A stretch of DNA of 64,000 bases, from positions 1,984,001 to 2,048,000 of the forward strand of contig OZ252098.1 of the NCBI GenBank assembly GCA_965248355.1, written 5' to 3'. The first letter of the stretch is position 1; each line of letters opens with the position of its first letter. Positions 19,715-29,957 of this stretch are shown piece after piece. The position numbers and the translations under genes were made by a program. This stretch comes from Candidatus Latescibacterota bacterium. GTDB taxonomy: Bacteria; Latescibacterota; UBA2968; UBA8231. Below the pieces are notes generated by a model. It was not told the origin of the DNA. It ran no database searches and worked only from the letters and a program-made list of their open reading frames with translations.

Positions 19715-20056
19715 ATGGACCTCATCGACCTGGCCAGCTGGGGACTGCTGATGGCGGGGGCCTTCTTCTGTGTCGTCGGAGGGATCGGGCTGCACCGGCT
19801 GCCCGACTTCTTCAGCCGCATGCACGGTGCGGGCCTCACCGACACCCTGGGGGCGGGGCTGGTGCTCGGGGGCCTGATGCTGCAGGCGGGGTGGACGCTG
19901 GTCCTGGTCAAGCTGGTCTTCGTCCTGGCCCTGCTCTGGGTGACCAGTCCCACGGCGGCTCACGCCATCGCCAAGGCGGCCCGCGAGGACGGGCTGGAGC
20001 CTTACACCGGGGAGGCCGAGCCGCACCGGTCCGGTCCGGAGGCCGACTCGCCGTGA
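19715..20056 (+). CDS. mrpG: Mrp antiporter subunit G
   Basis: RLPDFFSRMH..G..DTLG and TSPTAAHAIAKAA motifs. Confidence 0.92.
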   Translation: MDLIDLASWGLLMAGAFFCVVGGIGLHRLPDFFSRMHGAGLTDTLGAGLVLGGLMLQAGWTLVLVKLVFVLALLWVTSPTAAHAIAKAAREDGLEPYTGEAEPHRSGPEADSP

Positions 20057-20598
20057 CCTGGCTGATCGACCTGAGCCTGCTGCTCTTCCTGGCCGGCATC
20101 GCCGTGGCCGTGGCCCGCCTGCGGGACCTCTTCGCCGTGGTCGTCTTCATGGGCTTCTACAGCCTCGTCTCGGCCGCCCTGTTCACGGTGCTCGACGCCG
20201 TGGACGTGGCCTTCACCGAGGCCGCCGTCGGCGCCGGCGTCTCCACGGTGATCATGCTCGCCACGCTGCTGCTGACCACGAGGCAGGAGAAGCACGGCCA
20301 TCCGACGGTGGTGCCCTTCCTCGTGGTGGTGATCACCGGGGCCGCCCTGGTCTTCGCAACCCTCGACATGCCGCGCTACGGGGATCCCGGGGCTCCCATC
20401 CACGGACACGTGGCGCCGCGCTACATCGAGCGCTCGGGAGATGAGATCGGCGTGCCCAACATGGTCACCTCGGTGCTGGCCAGCTACCGGGGGTACGACA
20501 CCCTCGGCGAGCTGACCGTGATCTTCACCGCCGGCGTCGGTGTCCTGCTGCTCCTGGGCCGGAGCCGGCGGTCCCGGGGGGAGGAGGGCGCCCCGTGA
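20053..20598 (+). CDS. Mrp antiporter MrpB-related subunit (DUF4040 plus N-terminal MrpB part)
   Basis: AVDVAFTEAAVGAG and PNMVTSVLASYRGYDTLGE motifs; GTG overlaps the mrpG stop. Confidence 0.88.
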   Translation: MTWLIDLSLLLFLAGIAVAVARLRDLFAVVVFMGFYSLVSAALFTVLDAVDVAFTEAAVGAGVSTVIMLATLLLTTRQEKHGHPTVVPFLVVVITGAALVFATLDMPRYGDPGAPIHGHVAPRYIERSGDEIGVPNMVTSVLASYRGYDTLGELTVIFTAGVGVLLLLGRSRRSRGEEGAP

Positions 20599-21032
20599 GT
20601 CACCATCTCATCCTCCGCGTCGCGGCCAAGCTCCTCATCCCCTTCATCCTCCTCTTCGCCCTCTACGTGCAGTTCCACGGCGACTACGGCCCCGGAGGCG
20701 GGTTCCAGGCCGGCGTGATCTTCGCCGCCGCCTTCGTGCTCTACGCCCTCGTCTTCGGCGTCGAGGCCGCCCGCCGGATCGTTCCGGCCCGGCTGCTGGA
20801 GGCCGGCGTCGCCGGCGGCGTCCTGCTCTTCGCGGGCACCGGCCTGGCCGGCCTGCTCATGGGAGGCAACTTCCTCGACTACGGCGTCTTCGCGCCCGGC
20901 GATCCCGTGCGGGGCCAGCATCTCGGCATCCTGCTCGTCGAGCTCGGCGTGGGCGTTACGGTGGCCTCGGTGATGATCACCATCTTCGTCTGCTTCGCCG
21001 GACGGAAGGACGACCCGTGCACGTCGGCCTGA
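20595..21032 (+). CDS. mrpB: Mrp antiporter subunit B
   Basis: HGDYGPGGGFQAG and ELGVGVTV motifs. Confidence 0.92.
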   Translation: MSHHLILRVAAKLLIPFILLFALYVQFHGDYGPGGGFQAGVIFAAAFVLYALVFGVEAARRIVPARLLEAGVAGGVLLFAGTGLAGLLMGGNFLDYGVFAPGDPVRGQHLGILLVELGVGVTVASVMITIFVCFAGRKDDPCTSA

Positions 21033-21364
21033 TCAACTACTGGTCCGTCATCTTCCTGATGATGACCGGCTTCTACATCGTCATGTCGAGCCGCAACCTG
21101 ATCAAGAAGATGGTCGGCCTGAGCCTGTTCCAGACCTCCGTCTTCATCCTCTACATCACCATGGGCAAGATCGCCGGCGGGACGGCGCCGATCCTCGCCG
21201 AGCCGGGCGCCGCCTACTCCAATCCCCTCCCCCACGTGCTCATCCTCACCGCCATCGTCGTCGGCGTCGCCACGACCGCCCTGGGCCTGGCCCTCATCGT
21301 CCGCATCCAGGAGGCCTACGGCACGGTGGAGGAGGACGAGATCCACGCCGCCGACGCCGGGTGA
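21017..21364 (+). CDS. mrpC: Mrp antiporter subunit C
   Basis: NLIKK..GL and NPLPHVLILTAIVVG motifs. Confidence 0.92.
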   Translation: MHVGLINYWSVIFLMMTGFYIVMSSRNLIKKMVGLSLFQTSVFILYITMGKIAGGTAPILAEPGAAYSNPLPHVLILTAIVVGVATTALGLALIVRIQEAYGTVEEDEIHAADAG

Positions 21365-22848
21365 GCTTCTCCGACCAGCTGCCGATCCTGCAGATCGTCG
21401 TGCCCCTCGCGGCATCGCCGGTCTGCCTGCTCCTGCGCCGCCGGGCCTGGAGCTGGGGCCTGGCCCTGGCCGTGGGCTGGGCGAGTTTCGGCCTGTCGAT
21501 CCAGCTTCTCCACCGGGCCCTTGCGGAGGGCGTCATCGTCTACGCTCTCGGCAGCTGGGAGCCGCCCTGGGGGATCGAGTACCGCGTCGACGTCGTCAAC
21601 GCCTTCGTCATCCTCCTCGTGGCCCTGATCGGGGCCGTGGTCCTGCTCTACACGCCGCGCAGCCTGGCCGCCGAGCTGCACGATACCCGGGGCAACCTGT
21701 TCTACAGCGCCTACCTGCTCTGCCTCACGGGGCTCATGGGCATGGCCATCACCGGAGACGTCTTCAACCTCTTCGTCTTCCTGGAGATCTCCTCGCTCTC
21801 GAGCTACGCGCTGATCGCCCTGGGACGGGACCGGCGCGCCCTCAGCGCCTCCTTCCAGTACCTCGTCATGGGGACGGTGGGGGCCACCTTCTTCGTCATC
21901 GGCATCGGCCTCCTCTACATGATGACGGGCACCCTGAACATGGTCGATCTCGCCCAGCGTCTGCAGCCGGTGATGCACACGCGCACGGTGCTGGCCGCCT
22001 TCGCCTTCCTCACCGTCGGCATCGGCCTCAAGCTGGCCCTCTTCCCTCTGCACCTGTGGCTGCCCAATGCCTACGCCTATGCCCCCTCGGCGGTGACCGC
22101 CCTGCTCGCGGCCACGGCCACCAAGGTGTCGGTCTACGTCTTCCTGCGGTTCTACTACGGCATCTTCGGCACCGCCTTCGCGTTCGATATCCTGGGCGTG
22201 GACGCCCTGCTCGTCGCCCTGGGGCTGGCGGGCGTCCTGGTCGCCTCCCTGGTGGCCCTGTTCCAGAGCAACCTCAAGCGCCTGCTGGCCTGGTCCAGCA
22301 TCGCCCAGGTCGGCTACATGATGGTCGGCGTCGGGCTGGGCTCGGCCACGGGGCTGACGGCGACGCTCGTGCACCTGTTCAACCACGCCGTGACCAAGGG
22401 GGCCCTGTTCCTCGCCGTGGGCTGTATGGTGGCGCGCCTCGGCGCCTGTGAGCTCGAGGACCTGCGCGGCATCGGCCGGCGCATGCCGGTGACCACGGCG
22501 GCCGTCGTCCTCGGCGGGTTGAGCCTGATCGGGGTGCCCCTCACGGCGGGCTTCGTCAGCAAGTGGTACCTCGTGCTCGCCGCCCTCGAGCGCGGCTGGT
22601 GGCCGGTGGCGGTCCTCGTCCTGCTCGGCTCCCTGATCGCCGTCGCCTACGTGTGGCGGGTCGTGGAGACCGCCTACTTCCACCCCGCCGAAGGCCGGAC
22701 CGCCGACGCAGCCGAAGGGCCGGTCTCGATGCTGGTGCCCACCTGGATCCTCGTGGGCGCCACCCTCTGGTTCGGCGTCACCGCCGTCTTCACGGCCGGC
22801 GTCGCCCGCCGCGGGGCGGAGGTGCTCATGGGAGGCCTGGCGCCTTGA
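21361..22848 (+). CDS. mrpD: Mrp antiporter subunit D (first copy)
   Basis: WEPPWGIE, DVFNLFVFLEI, KLALFPLHLWLPNAY and NHAVTKGALFL motifs. Confidence 0.92.
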   Translation: MSFSDQLPILQIVVPLAASPVCLLLRRRAWSWGLALAVGWASFGLSIQLLHRALAEGVIVYALGSWEPPWGIEYRVDVVNAFVILLVALIGAVVLLYTPRSLAAELHDTRGNLFYSAYLLCLTGLMGMAITGDVFNLFVFLEISSLSSYALIALGRDRRALSASFQYLVMGTVGATFFVIGIGLLYMMTGTLNMVDLAQRLQPVMHTRTVLAAFAFLTVGIGLKLALFPLHLWLPNAYAYAPSAVTALLAATATKVSVYVFLRFYYGIFGTAFAFDILGVDALLVALGLAGVLVASLVALFQSNLKRLLAWSSIAQVGYMMVGVGLGSATGLTATLVHLFNHAVTKGALFLAVGCMVARLGACELEDLRGIGRRMPVTTAAVVLGGLSLIGVPLTAGFVSKWYLVLAALERGWWPVAVLVLLGSLIAVAYVWRVVETAYFHPAEGRTADAAEGPVSMLVPTWILVGATLWFGVTAVFTAGVARRGAEVLMGGLAP

Positions 22849-24338
22849 CCGCCGGGACGGCCATCCTGCTGGCCCTCCTGCTCCCGGTGGCCACGGGGGC
22901 CCTGGTGGCGCTGGCCGGGTCGCGCCCGAACCTCCGGGACGGCCTGAGCCTGGCCGCGGGGGCCGCCACCTTCGCGGCGGTCCTCACCCTGGTCCCCGTC
23001 GTGGGCGCCGGCCAGGTCCCGGAGGTGGTCCTGCTCGAGGTGATGCCGGGCCTCGATCTCGCCTTCCACGCCGAGCCTCTGGGCATGGTCTTCGCGCTCG
23101 TGGCCTCCGGGCTGTGGATCGTCACCAGCCTCTACGCCGTCGGCTACATGCGCGGCCACCACGAGAGCCATCAGACCCGGTTCTTCTTCTTCTTCGCCGT
23201 CGCCATCAGCGCCGCCCTGGGCGTGGCCTTCGCCCGCAACCTGCTGACCCTGTTCATCTTCTACGAGGTCCTCACCCTCTCCACCTATCCCCTGGTCACG
23301 CACGCGCGCACGGCCGAGGCCCGCGCCGGAGGCCGCCTCTACCTGGGGATCCTCATGGGCACCTCGATGGGCTTTCTGCTGCTGGCGGTGGTGTGGACCT
23401 ACGCCGCCGCCGGCACCCTCGACTTCGAGCCCGGGGGCATCCTGCGGGGCAAGGTCGACGGCCCCGCCCTCTACCTGCTCCTGGGGTTGTTCGCCTTCGG
23501 CACCGGCAAGGCGGCGATCATGCCCTTCCACCGCTGGCTGCCCGCGGCCATGGTGGCCCCGGCGCCGGTAAGCGCCCTGCTCCACGCCGTGGCCGTGGTC
23601 AAGGCGGGTGTGTTCACCATCCTCAAGCTCCTCGTCTATCTCTTCGGCCTCGACTACCTCGGCGAGACGGGGGCCAGCGTGTGGCTGATGTACGTGGCCG
23701 GGGCCACGGTGCTCCTGGCCTCCCTGGTGGCCATGACCCGGGACAACCTCAAGGCGAGGCTGGCCTACTCGACCGTGAGCCAGCTCTCCTACATCGTCCT
23801 GGGCGCGGCTCTGGCCACGCCGCTGGCGGTGGTGGGCGGGGCCATGCACATCGTCATGCACGCCTTCGGAAAGATCACCCTGTTCTTCTGCGCCGGCGCC
23901 ATCGACGTGGCCCTCCACAAGACCGAGATCAGCGACATGCGCGGCATCGGACGGCAGATGCCCTTCACCATGTCCGCCTTCCTCGTGGGGGCGTTGTGCG
24001 TCATCGGGCTGCCTCCGCTGGGCGGCCTGTGGAGCAAGTGGTACCTGTTCCTCGGGGCGCTGGAGGCCGGGCAGCTCGTCTTCGTCGCCGTGCTCATGGT
24101 CAGCTCCCTGCTCAACATCGCCTACCTGATTCCCATCCCGGTGCGCGCCTTCTTCGGCCGCCCCGGCGGCGCCGGGGCGGAAGGCACCGAGGAGGACGGC
24201 CGGGGTATCCAGGAGGCCCCGCTGCTGTGCGTCGCACCCCTCGTGCTCACCGCCCTGGGGTGCGTGGTGCTGTTCTTCTGGGCCGGGCCGATCCGCCGCT
24301 TCCTGGCCCCGCTCGCCCCCGGGCTGGCGGGAGACTGA
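22845..24338 (+). CDS. Mrp antiporter subunit D/A-like proton-conducting membrane subunit (second copy)
   Basis: FIFYE, KAAIMPFHRWLPAAMVAP, LHAVAVVKAG and HAFGKITLFFCAG motifs; TTG overlaps the upstream stop. Confidence 0.9.
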   Translation: MTAGTAILLALLLPVATGALVALAGSRPNLRDGLSLAAGAATFAAVLTLVPVVGAGQVPEVVLLEVMPGLDLAFHAEPLGMVFALVASGLWIVTSLYAVGYMRGHHESHQTRFFFFFAVAISAALGVAFARNLLTLFIFYEVLTLSTYPLVTHARTAEARAGGRLYLGILMGTSMGFLLLAVVWTYAAAGTLDFEPGGILRGKVDGPALYLLLGLFAFGTGKAAIMPFHRWLPAAMVAPAPVSALLHAVAVVKAGVFTILKLLVYLFGLDYLGETGASVWLMYVAGATVLLASLVAMTRDNLKARLAYSTVSQLSYIVLGAALATPLAVVGGAMHIVMHAFGKITLFFCAGAIDVALHKTEISDMRGIGRQMPFTMSAFLVGALCVIGLPPLGGLWSKWYLFLGALEAGQLVFVAVLMVSSLLNIAYLIPIPVRAFFGRPGGAGAEGTEEDGRGIQEAPLLCVAPLVLTALGCVVLFFWAGPIRRFLAPLAPGLAGD

Positions 24339-24341
24339 CCG

Positions 24342-24608
24342 ATGGCGGCCTCCGGCAAGCGCCACCTCTTCGACGAACCGCGAAACGTGAAGCGCATCAT
24401 CCGGCTGCTCTTCGCCTGCTGCGCCCTCCTTCTGCTGGTCGACTTCGCCATCCACGGCCACCTGAGCTTCCGGGAGGGCCTCTTCGACACCGAGGGCTGG
24501 TTCGGCTTCTACCCGGTCTACGGGTTCGTCGCCTGCGTGCTGCTGGTGCTGGCGGCGAAGCAGATGCGCAAGTTCCTCATGCGCGGCGAGGACCACTATG
24601 ACCGCTAG
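24342..24608 (+). CDS. Small two-TM membrane protein inside the mrp operon
   Basis: 88 aa, two hydrophobic helices, GFYPVYGFVACV..V..AK..R..L.R.EDHY; tightly packed between two D-type genes. Confidence 0.75.
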   Translation: MAASGKRHLFDEPRNVKRIIRLLFACCALLLLVDFAIHGHLSFREGLFDTEGWFGFYPVYGFVACVLLVLAAKQMRKFLMRGEDHYDR

Positions 24609-26313
24609 CCTCCACCCGGCCCTCATCCTGGTGGCGGGAGCCCTGGTGCTGCCCCTGCTGCGGGGGCGCTGGAGGGGCGCGGCGATGGTGGTCCTTCCCC
24701 TGGCGGGCTTCCTCAACCTCCTCGGGCTGGAGGCCGGGGCCGAGCTGCGGTTGACCCTGGCCGGGCTCGAGCTGCACGTGCTGCGCGTCGACCGGCTCAG
24801 CCTGGTCTTCGGATACCTGTTCCACCTGGCGGCCCTGGTGGGCGCCGTCTATGCCCTGCACCTGAAGGACTCCCTGCAGCCGACGACGGGGCTGATCTAC
24901 GCCGGCAGCGCCGTGGGGGCCGTCTTCGCCGGCGACCTGATCACCCTCTTCCTGTTCTGGGAGCTGCTGGCCGTCACCTCGGTCTTCCAGATCTGGGCCC
25001 GGAGGACCGACCGCGCCCTGGGGGCGGGGATGCGCTACCTCCTCGTCCACGTCACCTCCGGGCTGCTGTTGCTGGCCGGGGCCGCCCTGCGCTACCACGA
25101 GACCGGCTCTCTCGCCTTCGGGCCCACGGATCTCGAGGGAGCGGCGGCCTGGCTGCTGCTGCTGGCCTTCGGCGTCAAGTGCGCCTTTCCCCTGCTGCAC
25201 ACCTGGCTCGTGGACGCCTACCCGGAGGCGACGCCCACGGGCACCGTCTTCCTCTCGGCCTTCACCACCAAAGCCGCGGTCTACTGCCTGGCCCGCGGTT
25301 TCGCCGGCGCCGAGGTCCTGATCTGGGTCGGGGCGGTGATGACCCTCTTCCCCATCTTCTTCGCCGTCATCGAGAACGACCTGCGCCGGGTCCTCGGCTA
25401 CAGCATGATCAACCAGATCGGCTTCATGGTCGTCGGCGTCGGTCTCGGCGAGGGGCTGGGGGTCAACGGCGCCGTGGCCCACGCCTTCAACGACGTGTTC
25501 TTCAAGGGCGTGCTGTTCATGTCCATGGGAGCGGTCCTGCTGCGCACGGGACGCATCAACGGCTCCGACCTGGGGGGCCTCTACAAGTCGATGCCGTGGA
25601 CGGCGGGGTTCTGCATCGTGGGCGCCTCGTCGATCTCCGCCTTTCCTCTCTTCAGCGGCTTCGTCAGCAAGTCGATGGTGATGGCCGAGGCCGCCGACCA
25701 AGGGCATGTCCTGCTGTGGCTGATGCTGCTCTTCGCCTCGGCGGGGGTCTTCCATCACGCCGGCATCAAGATCCCCTTCTTCGCCTTCTTCTCCCACGAC
25801 GCCGGCATCCGCTGCCGGGAAGCTCCGCGGAACATGCTGGTCGCCATGGGCCTGGGGGCCGCCGTCTGCCTCTTCAACGGCATCTGGCCGGGGGTCCTCT
25901 ACGGCCTTCTGCCCCACCCCGTGGTGTTCTCCGACGGCACCGTGTACGACCCGTACACACCGGGCCACGTCCTGCACCAGATGCAGCTCCTGTTCTTCTC
26001 GGCCCTGGCCTTCGCCGCCCTCAAGCTGACCCACGTCTATCCGCCCGAGCTGCGCTCGGTGAACCTCGACGCGGACTGGCTCGGACGGAAGCTCCTGCCC
26101 TCAGCGGTCCGGAGACTGGAGGCCCTCGGCGCGCCGCTGGGCCGGGGATTCGCCGGCGCCGGCCGGAGCCTGGCGGCCTGGGCGATCGACTTCCTCCACG
26201 CCCATCACGGGCCCGCGGCCTGGGCGGGGCGGACCTGGCTCACCAGCACCTCCGTCCTGGTCGTGATGGGAGTCCTGGCGGGCTACCTGCTCTACGTCTA
26301 CCGGACGTTCTGA
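24598..26313 (+). CDS. Mrp antiporter subunit D-like (third copy)
   Basis: FLFWE, FPLLHTWLVDAYPEAT, LSAFTTK and FSGFVSKS motifs. Confidence 0.9.
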   Translation: MTASLHPALILVAGALVLPLLRGRWRGAAMVVLPLAGFLNLLGLEAGAELRLTLAGLELHVLRVDRLSLVFGYLFHLAALVGAVYALHLKDSLQPTTGLIYAGSAVGAVFAGDLITLFLFWELLAVTSVFQIWARRTDRALGAGMRYLLVHVTSGLLLLAGAALRYHETGSLAFGPTDLEGAAAWLLLLAFGVKCAFPLLHTWLVDAYPEATPTGTVFLSAFTTKAAVYCLARGFAGAEVLIWVGAVMTLFPIFFAVIENDLRRVLGYSMINQIGFMVVGVGLGEGLGVNGAVAHAFNDVFFKGVLFMSMGAVLLRTGRINGSDLGGLYKSMPWTAGFCIVGASSISAFPLFSGFVSKSMVMAEAADQGHVLLWLMLLFASAGVFHHAGIKIPFFAFFSHDAGIRCREAPRNMLVAMGLGAAVCLFNGIWPGVLYGLLPHPVVFSDGTVYDPYTPGHVLHQMQLLFFSALAFAALKLTHVYPPELRSVNLDADWLGRKLLPSAVRRLEALGAPLGRGFAGAGRSLAAWAIDFLHAHHGPAAWAGRTWLTSTSVLVVMGVLAGYLLYVYRTF

Positions 26314-26368
26314 AGGAATTCGGAAGGGCTCGGAGCCTGCGGGAGGCCGCGCCCCGATCCCGGGCGCC

Positions 26369-26872
26369 TCAGGCCTCGAGTCCGAGGGCCGCGACCACGG
26401 CCTCAGCCGCCTGGTCCGGGGTGCCGGAGATGTCCACTCTGACCGCGTCGAGGGGCGGCTCGAGAGCCTCGAACTGGCTGCGGAGCAGGCCGGCGGGCAT
26501 GTAGCGGTGCACGCGGTCCCGCAGGCGCCCCGCGATCAGCGCCTCGGCGCCGGAGAGGTGGACGAAGCGGACCCTCTCCCCCCGGCCCCCCCGCAGGATG
26601 GCCCGGTAGTCCTCCTTGAGGGCCGAGCAGCCGAGGACGCAGCTCTGGCCGGCATCGAGGCGCCGGCCGATCTCGTCGGACAGCCTCCGCAGCCAGGGCC
26701 AGCGGTCCTCGTCCCGCAGGGGGATGCCCGCGGCCATCCTGGCCACGTTGGCCTCGGGGTGGTAGTCGTCGCCGTCGAGGAAGGGCCAGCCGAGGCGCTC
26801 TTCGAGAAGGCGGCCCACCGTGGTCTTGCCGCTTCCGGTGACGCCCATCAGTACCACGGCTGCCGCCCTCAT
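26369..26872 (-). CDS. Gluconokinase (GntK/IdnK type)
   Basis: MGVTGSGKTT, DGDDYHP.AN, DEDRWPWL, CSALK and SQFEALEPP motifs. Confidence 0.92.
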   Translation of the reverse strand: MRAAAVVLMGVTGSGKTTVGRLLEERLGWPFLDGDDYHPEANVARMAAGIPLRDEDRWPWLRRLSDEIGRRLDAGQSCVLGCSALKEDYRAILRGGRGERVRFVHLSGAEALIAGRLRDRVHRYMPAGLLRSQFEALEPPLDAVRVDISGTPDQAAEAVVAALGLEA

Positions 26873-27001
26873 AGTCCTCGGCCCCGGCCGGCTTGCGGGA
26901 TCGGTCCGCTCCCTTGCGCAGCGCGGCGCCTCTCGAGCCGCTCTCGTGGCGCCAGGGGGGCCCAGTATACACATTTGCCCGCAGGGAATCCGAGAACCGC
27001 C

Positions 27002-27913
27002 ATGCCCGAGCTCCCCGATGTCCTGGCTTACCTGACCGCCCTCGAGGGCCGCATCGACGGCCTTGTGATCGAGGGGGTCCAGCTGCGCAGCCCCTTCCTG
27101 GTGCGCTCCGTCGAGCCCCGGCTCGAGGCCGCCGAGGGCCTGCGGGTGCTCGCCTTCCGCCGCCTCGGCAAGCGCATCGTGTGGGAGCTGGAGGACGAGC
27201 TGTTCCTCGTCTTCCACCTGATGATCGCCGGGCGCTTCCACTGGAAGAAGGCCGGCTCCCGGCCGGCGCGGAAGGTCGACCTGGCGGCCTTCCACTTCGA
27301 CGCGGGAACGCTGATGCTCACCGAGGCCGGCTCCCGCAAGCGGGCTTCGCTGCACGTGATCCGCGGCGCCGGCGGGCTGGCCGCCCACGACCCGGGCGGC
27401 CTGGAGGTGCTGGAGGCGGGCCTCGACGAGTTCGCCCGCATCCTTCGTCGCCGCAATCACACCCTCAAGCGGGCCCTCACCGACCCGAGGTTGTTCTCCG
27501 GCATCGGCAACGCCTACTCCGACGAGATCCTCCACGCCGCCGGCCTGTCGCCGGTGAAGTGGACCTCCCACCTCGCCGACGACGAGGTCGAGCGCCTGTA
27601 CGAGGCCGCCCGCTCGACTCTCGAGGAATGGTGCGCGCGCCTCCGGGCCGAGGCGGAGCGGGCCTTCCCGGAGAAGGTCACCGCCTTCCGACCCGAGATG
27701 GCCGTCCACGGCCGCTACGGCAAGCCCTGCCCCGCCTGCGGCACCGCCGTGCAGGAGATCGCCTACGCCTCGAAGGAGACCAACTACTGCCCGCGGTGCC
27801 AGACGGGGGGCCGGATGCTGGCCGACCGCCAGTTGTCCCGGATGCTGAAGGACGACTGGCCGCGGACGATCGAGGAGCTCGAGGCGCGGCTGGGCACCGC
27901 CGGCGAAGGCTAG
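27002..27913 (+). CDS. Fpg/Nei family DNA glycosylase/AP lyase
   Basis: N-terminal MPELPDV, GKR, HLMIAG, GIGNAYSDEIL and C4 zinc finger CPAC...CPRCQ. Confidence 0.92.
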   Translation: MPELPDVLAYLTALEGRIDGLVIEGVQLRSPFLVRSVEPRLEAAEGLRVLAFRRLGKRIVWELEDELFLVFHLMIAGRFHWKKAGSRPARKVDLAAFHFDAGTLMLTEAGSRKRASLHVIRGAGGLAAHDPGGLEVLEAGLDEFARILRRRNHTLKRALTDPRLFSGIGNAYSDEILHAAGLSPVKWTSHLADDEVERLYEAARSTLEEWCARLRAEAERAFPEKVTAFRPEMAVHGRYGKPCPACGTAVQEIAYASKETNYCPRCQTGGRMLADRQLSRMLKDDWPRTIEELEARLGTAGEG

Positions 27914-27916
27914 CCC

Positions 27917-28828
27917 GTGCCTTGCAGCGTCGACGTGGCCGGTCTCGGCATGGTCACGGTGGATCATCTCTACCGGGTCCCCGCCCTGCCCGCCTTCGGC
28001 GCCCCCCGTCGCGCCTCCGGCCACTCGCGCGCCTGTGGCGGTCCGGTGCCCAACGCCCTGGCCTGCCTGTCGCGCCTGGGGGCCTCGACACGCTTCGTCG
28101 GCAGGGTCGGCGACGACGAGGAAGGCGCCTTCGCGCGGTCCGAGCTGAGCCGCCACGGCGTCGACGTCTCCCGCCTGCGGGTGGCCCGCGGGCGGTCCCG
28201 CCTGGTCCTGGTGCTGGTCGAGGAGACCGGGGGCGAGCGCGCCTTCGTCTCCCGTCCGGAGTCCTTTCCACCGCTGGCCGGCGACGACCTCGAGCCGGAG
28301 GACGTGGCCGGCGCCCGCGTCCTGCACCTCGACGATGCCGACGACGCCGCGATCCGCGCCGCCCGCTGGGCGCGCGCCTCCGGGGCCGCCGTCGTCCTGG
28401 ACGGCACCTGGCAGAGCGAGCGTCTGGGGGAGCTGCTGCCCCTGGTCGACTACGCCGTCGTGAGCGAGTTCTTCGCCCGCCGCTGGCTGCCCGGCGCCGG
28501 CCGCTGGGAGGTGCTGCGGCGGCTGCGCGCCCTCGGGGCGGGGGTTGCCGTCCTCACCCGCGGCGAAGGCGGCGCCGCCGCCGAGGACGAAGCCGGCCGG
28601 GTGGAGTGCCCGGCGCCCTCGGTGGAGGTGGTCGACACCACCGGCGCCGGAGACGCCTTTCACGGGGGGTTCATCTTCGGGCTGCTCCAGGGCTGGCCGC
28701 TGGAGGAGACCCTGCGCTTCGCCTGCGCCACCGGGGCCCTGAACTGCCGCGCTCTCGGCGGCCAGGCCGGGCTTCCCCGCCGGGAGGAGGTGGAGGAGCT
28801 GCTGGACCGACCGGCCTCGGCCTCGTGA
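27917..28828 (+). CDS. PfkB/ribokinase family carbohydrate kinase
   Basis: GG.VPNA...SRLG, VGRVGDD and VVDTTGAGDAFHGG motifs. Confidence 0.92.
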   Translation: MPCSVDVAGLGMVTVDHLYRVPALPAFGAPRRASGHSRACGGPVPNALACLSRLGASTRFVGRVGDDEEGAFARSELSRHGVDVSRLRVARGRSRLVLVLVEETGGERAFVSRPESFPPLAGDDLEPEDVAGARVLHLDDADDAAIRAARWARASGAAVVLDGTWQSERLGELLPLVDYAVVSEFFARRWLPGAGRWEVLRRLRALGAGVAVLTRGEGGAAAEDEAGRVECPAPSVEVVDTTGAGDAFHGGFIFGLLQGWPLEETLRFACATGALNCRALGGQAGLPRREEVEELLDRPASAS

Positions 28829-29005
28829 CCGTCGCAAGGCCGAGGAAGAGCCCCGCCGCATCCGGTCTCAGGAACCGCCCGCGGCGACAGCCCGGAGGCT
28901 TTCGCGCCCTTCGCCGAGGCGGTATCCTGTTCTGCCTCCTGAAGGGCCGCCCGGGAAGGGGCACCACCTCCCGGCCCGCAGCCCCAACCGGGATGGAAAA
29001 GGCCG

Positions 29006-29953
29006 ATGGAACTCCCCGGATCCCAGCCTTTGCCGACCTGCCGCCGACTGCTCGCCGTGATTTTTGCGGCGGCCCTGGCCGCCCCGGCCGCGTGGGCCGT
29101 CGAGACCATCCCCCTGCAGCTGGTCCGAGCCCTTCCGGTGGAGGGCCTGGACAACGCCCATCCCTCGGGCCTGACGATCGTCGACGGGCAGCTCTACGCC
29201 GTCTCCGACCAGCACGATCACGCCGTCTGCCGGATCCGGCTGCGCCCGGACCGCGCCGTCCTCGAGCCCCACGTCACCTTCAACGCCCCCTGGTCCGGCG
29301 CCTGGGTCCTCTCGCTCGACTTCGAGGGTCTGGCCTACAAGGACGGCTTCTTCTTCCTGGTGAGCGAAGCCATCTTCCGGGTGCTGCGCGTCCACGAGAC
29401 CGGCACCGACCTGGCCTGGGTCATCCCCAGCGTCGAGGAGGCGGGCCTGGAGGCCGGTCTCTTCGGCGAGAAGAAGGCCCGCCTCGAGGGCCTGGCCCTG
29501 CTCGGCGGGGGCCGCCTCCTGCTGGCCGCCGAGCGCGCCCCCCGGGGCCTGGTGGAGGTCGTCGTCGGTCCCGGGGCGGGAGGCTCCGGCGAGGCGGCCG
29601 TCTCCGCCCACGCCTTCGACGAGTCCCTCCTCGAGCTGCCGGAACCGCTGCGGCCCGACTTCTCCGATCTGTTCTACGACGGGGAGGATCTCTACGCCCT
29701 GAGCCGCAACGCCGAGGCGGTGCTGCGCATCGAGTACGAGGCCGGCGAGCTCCGCGAGCTCGCCTTCTGGACCTTCGGCGAGGTCACCGGCGCCCCGGAG
29801 CACCGGTACCAGAATCAGCGCTCCGGCCGGGCCGAGGGCCTGTGCCTGGACGACGAGTACGTATACGTGGTGCTCGACAACAACGGCCGGGGCCGCGAGG
29901 CCGACCCCGAGGACATCCGGCCTCAGCTGTTCCTCTTCCGGCGGCCCCCCTGA
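29006..29953 (+). CDS. Secreted SdiA-regulated/phytase-like beta-propeller protein
   Basis: Signal peptide (AAWA), PSGL...AVSD, LDFEGL, LEGLA and AEGL...VLDNN repeats. Confidence 0.6.
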   Translation: MELPGSQPLPTCRRLLAVIFAAALAAPAAWAVETIPLQLVRALPVEGLDNAHPSGLTIVDGQLYAVSDQHDHAVCRIRLRPDRAVLEPHVTFNAPWSGAWVLSLDFEGLAYKDGFFFLVSEAIFRVLRVHETGTDLAWVIPSVEEAGLEAGLFGEKKARLEGLALLGGGRLLLAAERAPRGLVEVVVGPGAGGSGEAAVSAHAFDESLLELPEPLRPDFSDLFYDGEDLYALSRNAEAVLRIEYEAGELRELAFWTFGEVTGAPEHRYQNQRSGRAEGLCLDDEYVYVVLDNNGRGREADPEDIRPQLFLFRRPP

Positions 29954-29957
29954 CCGC

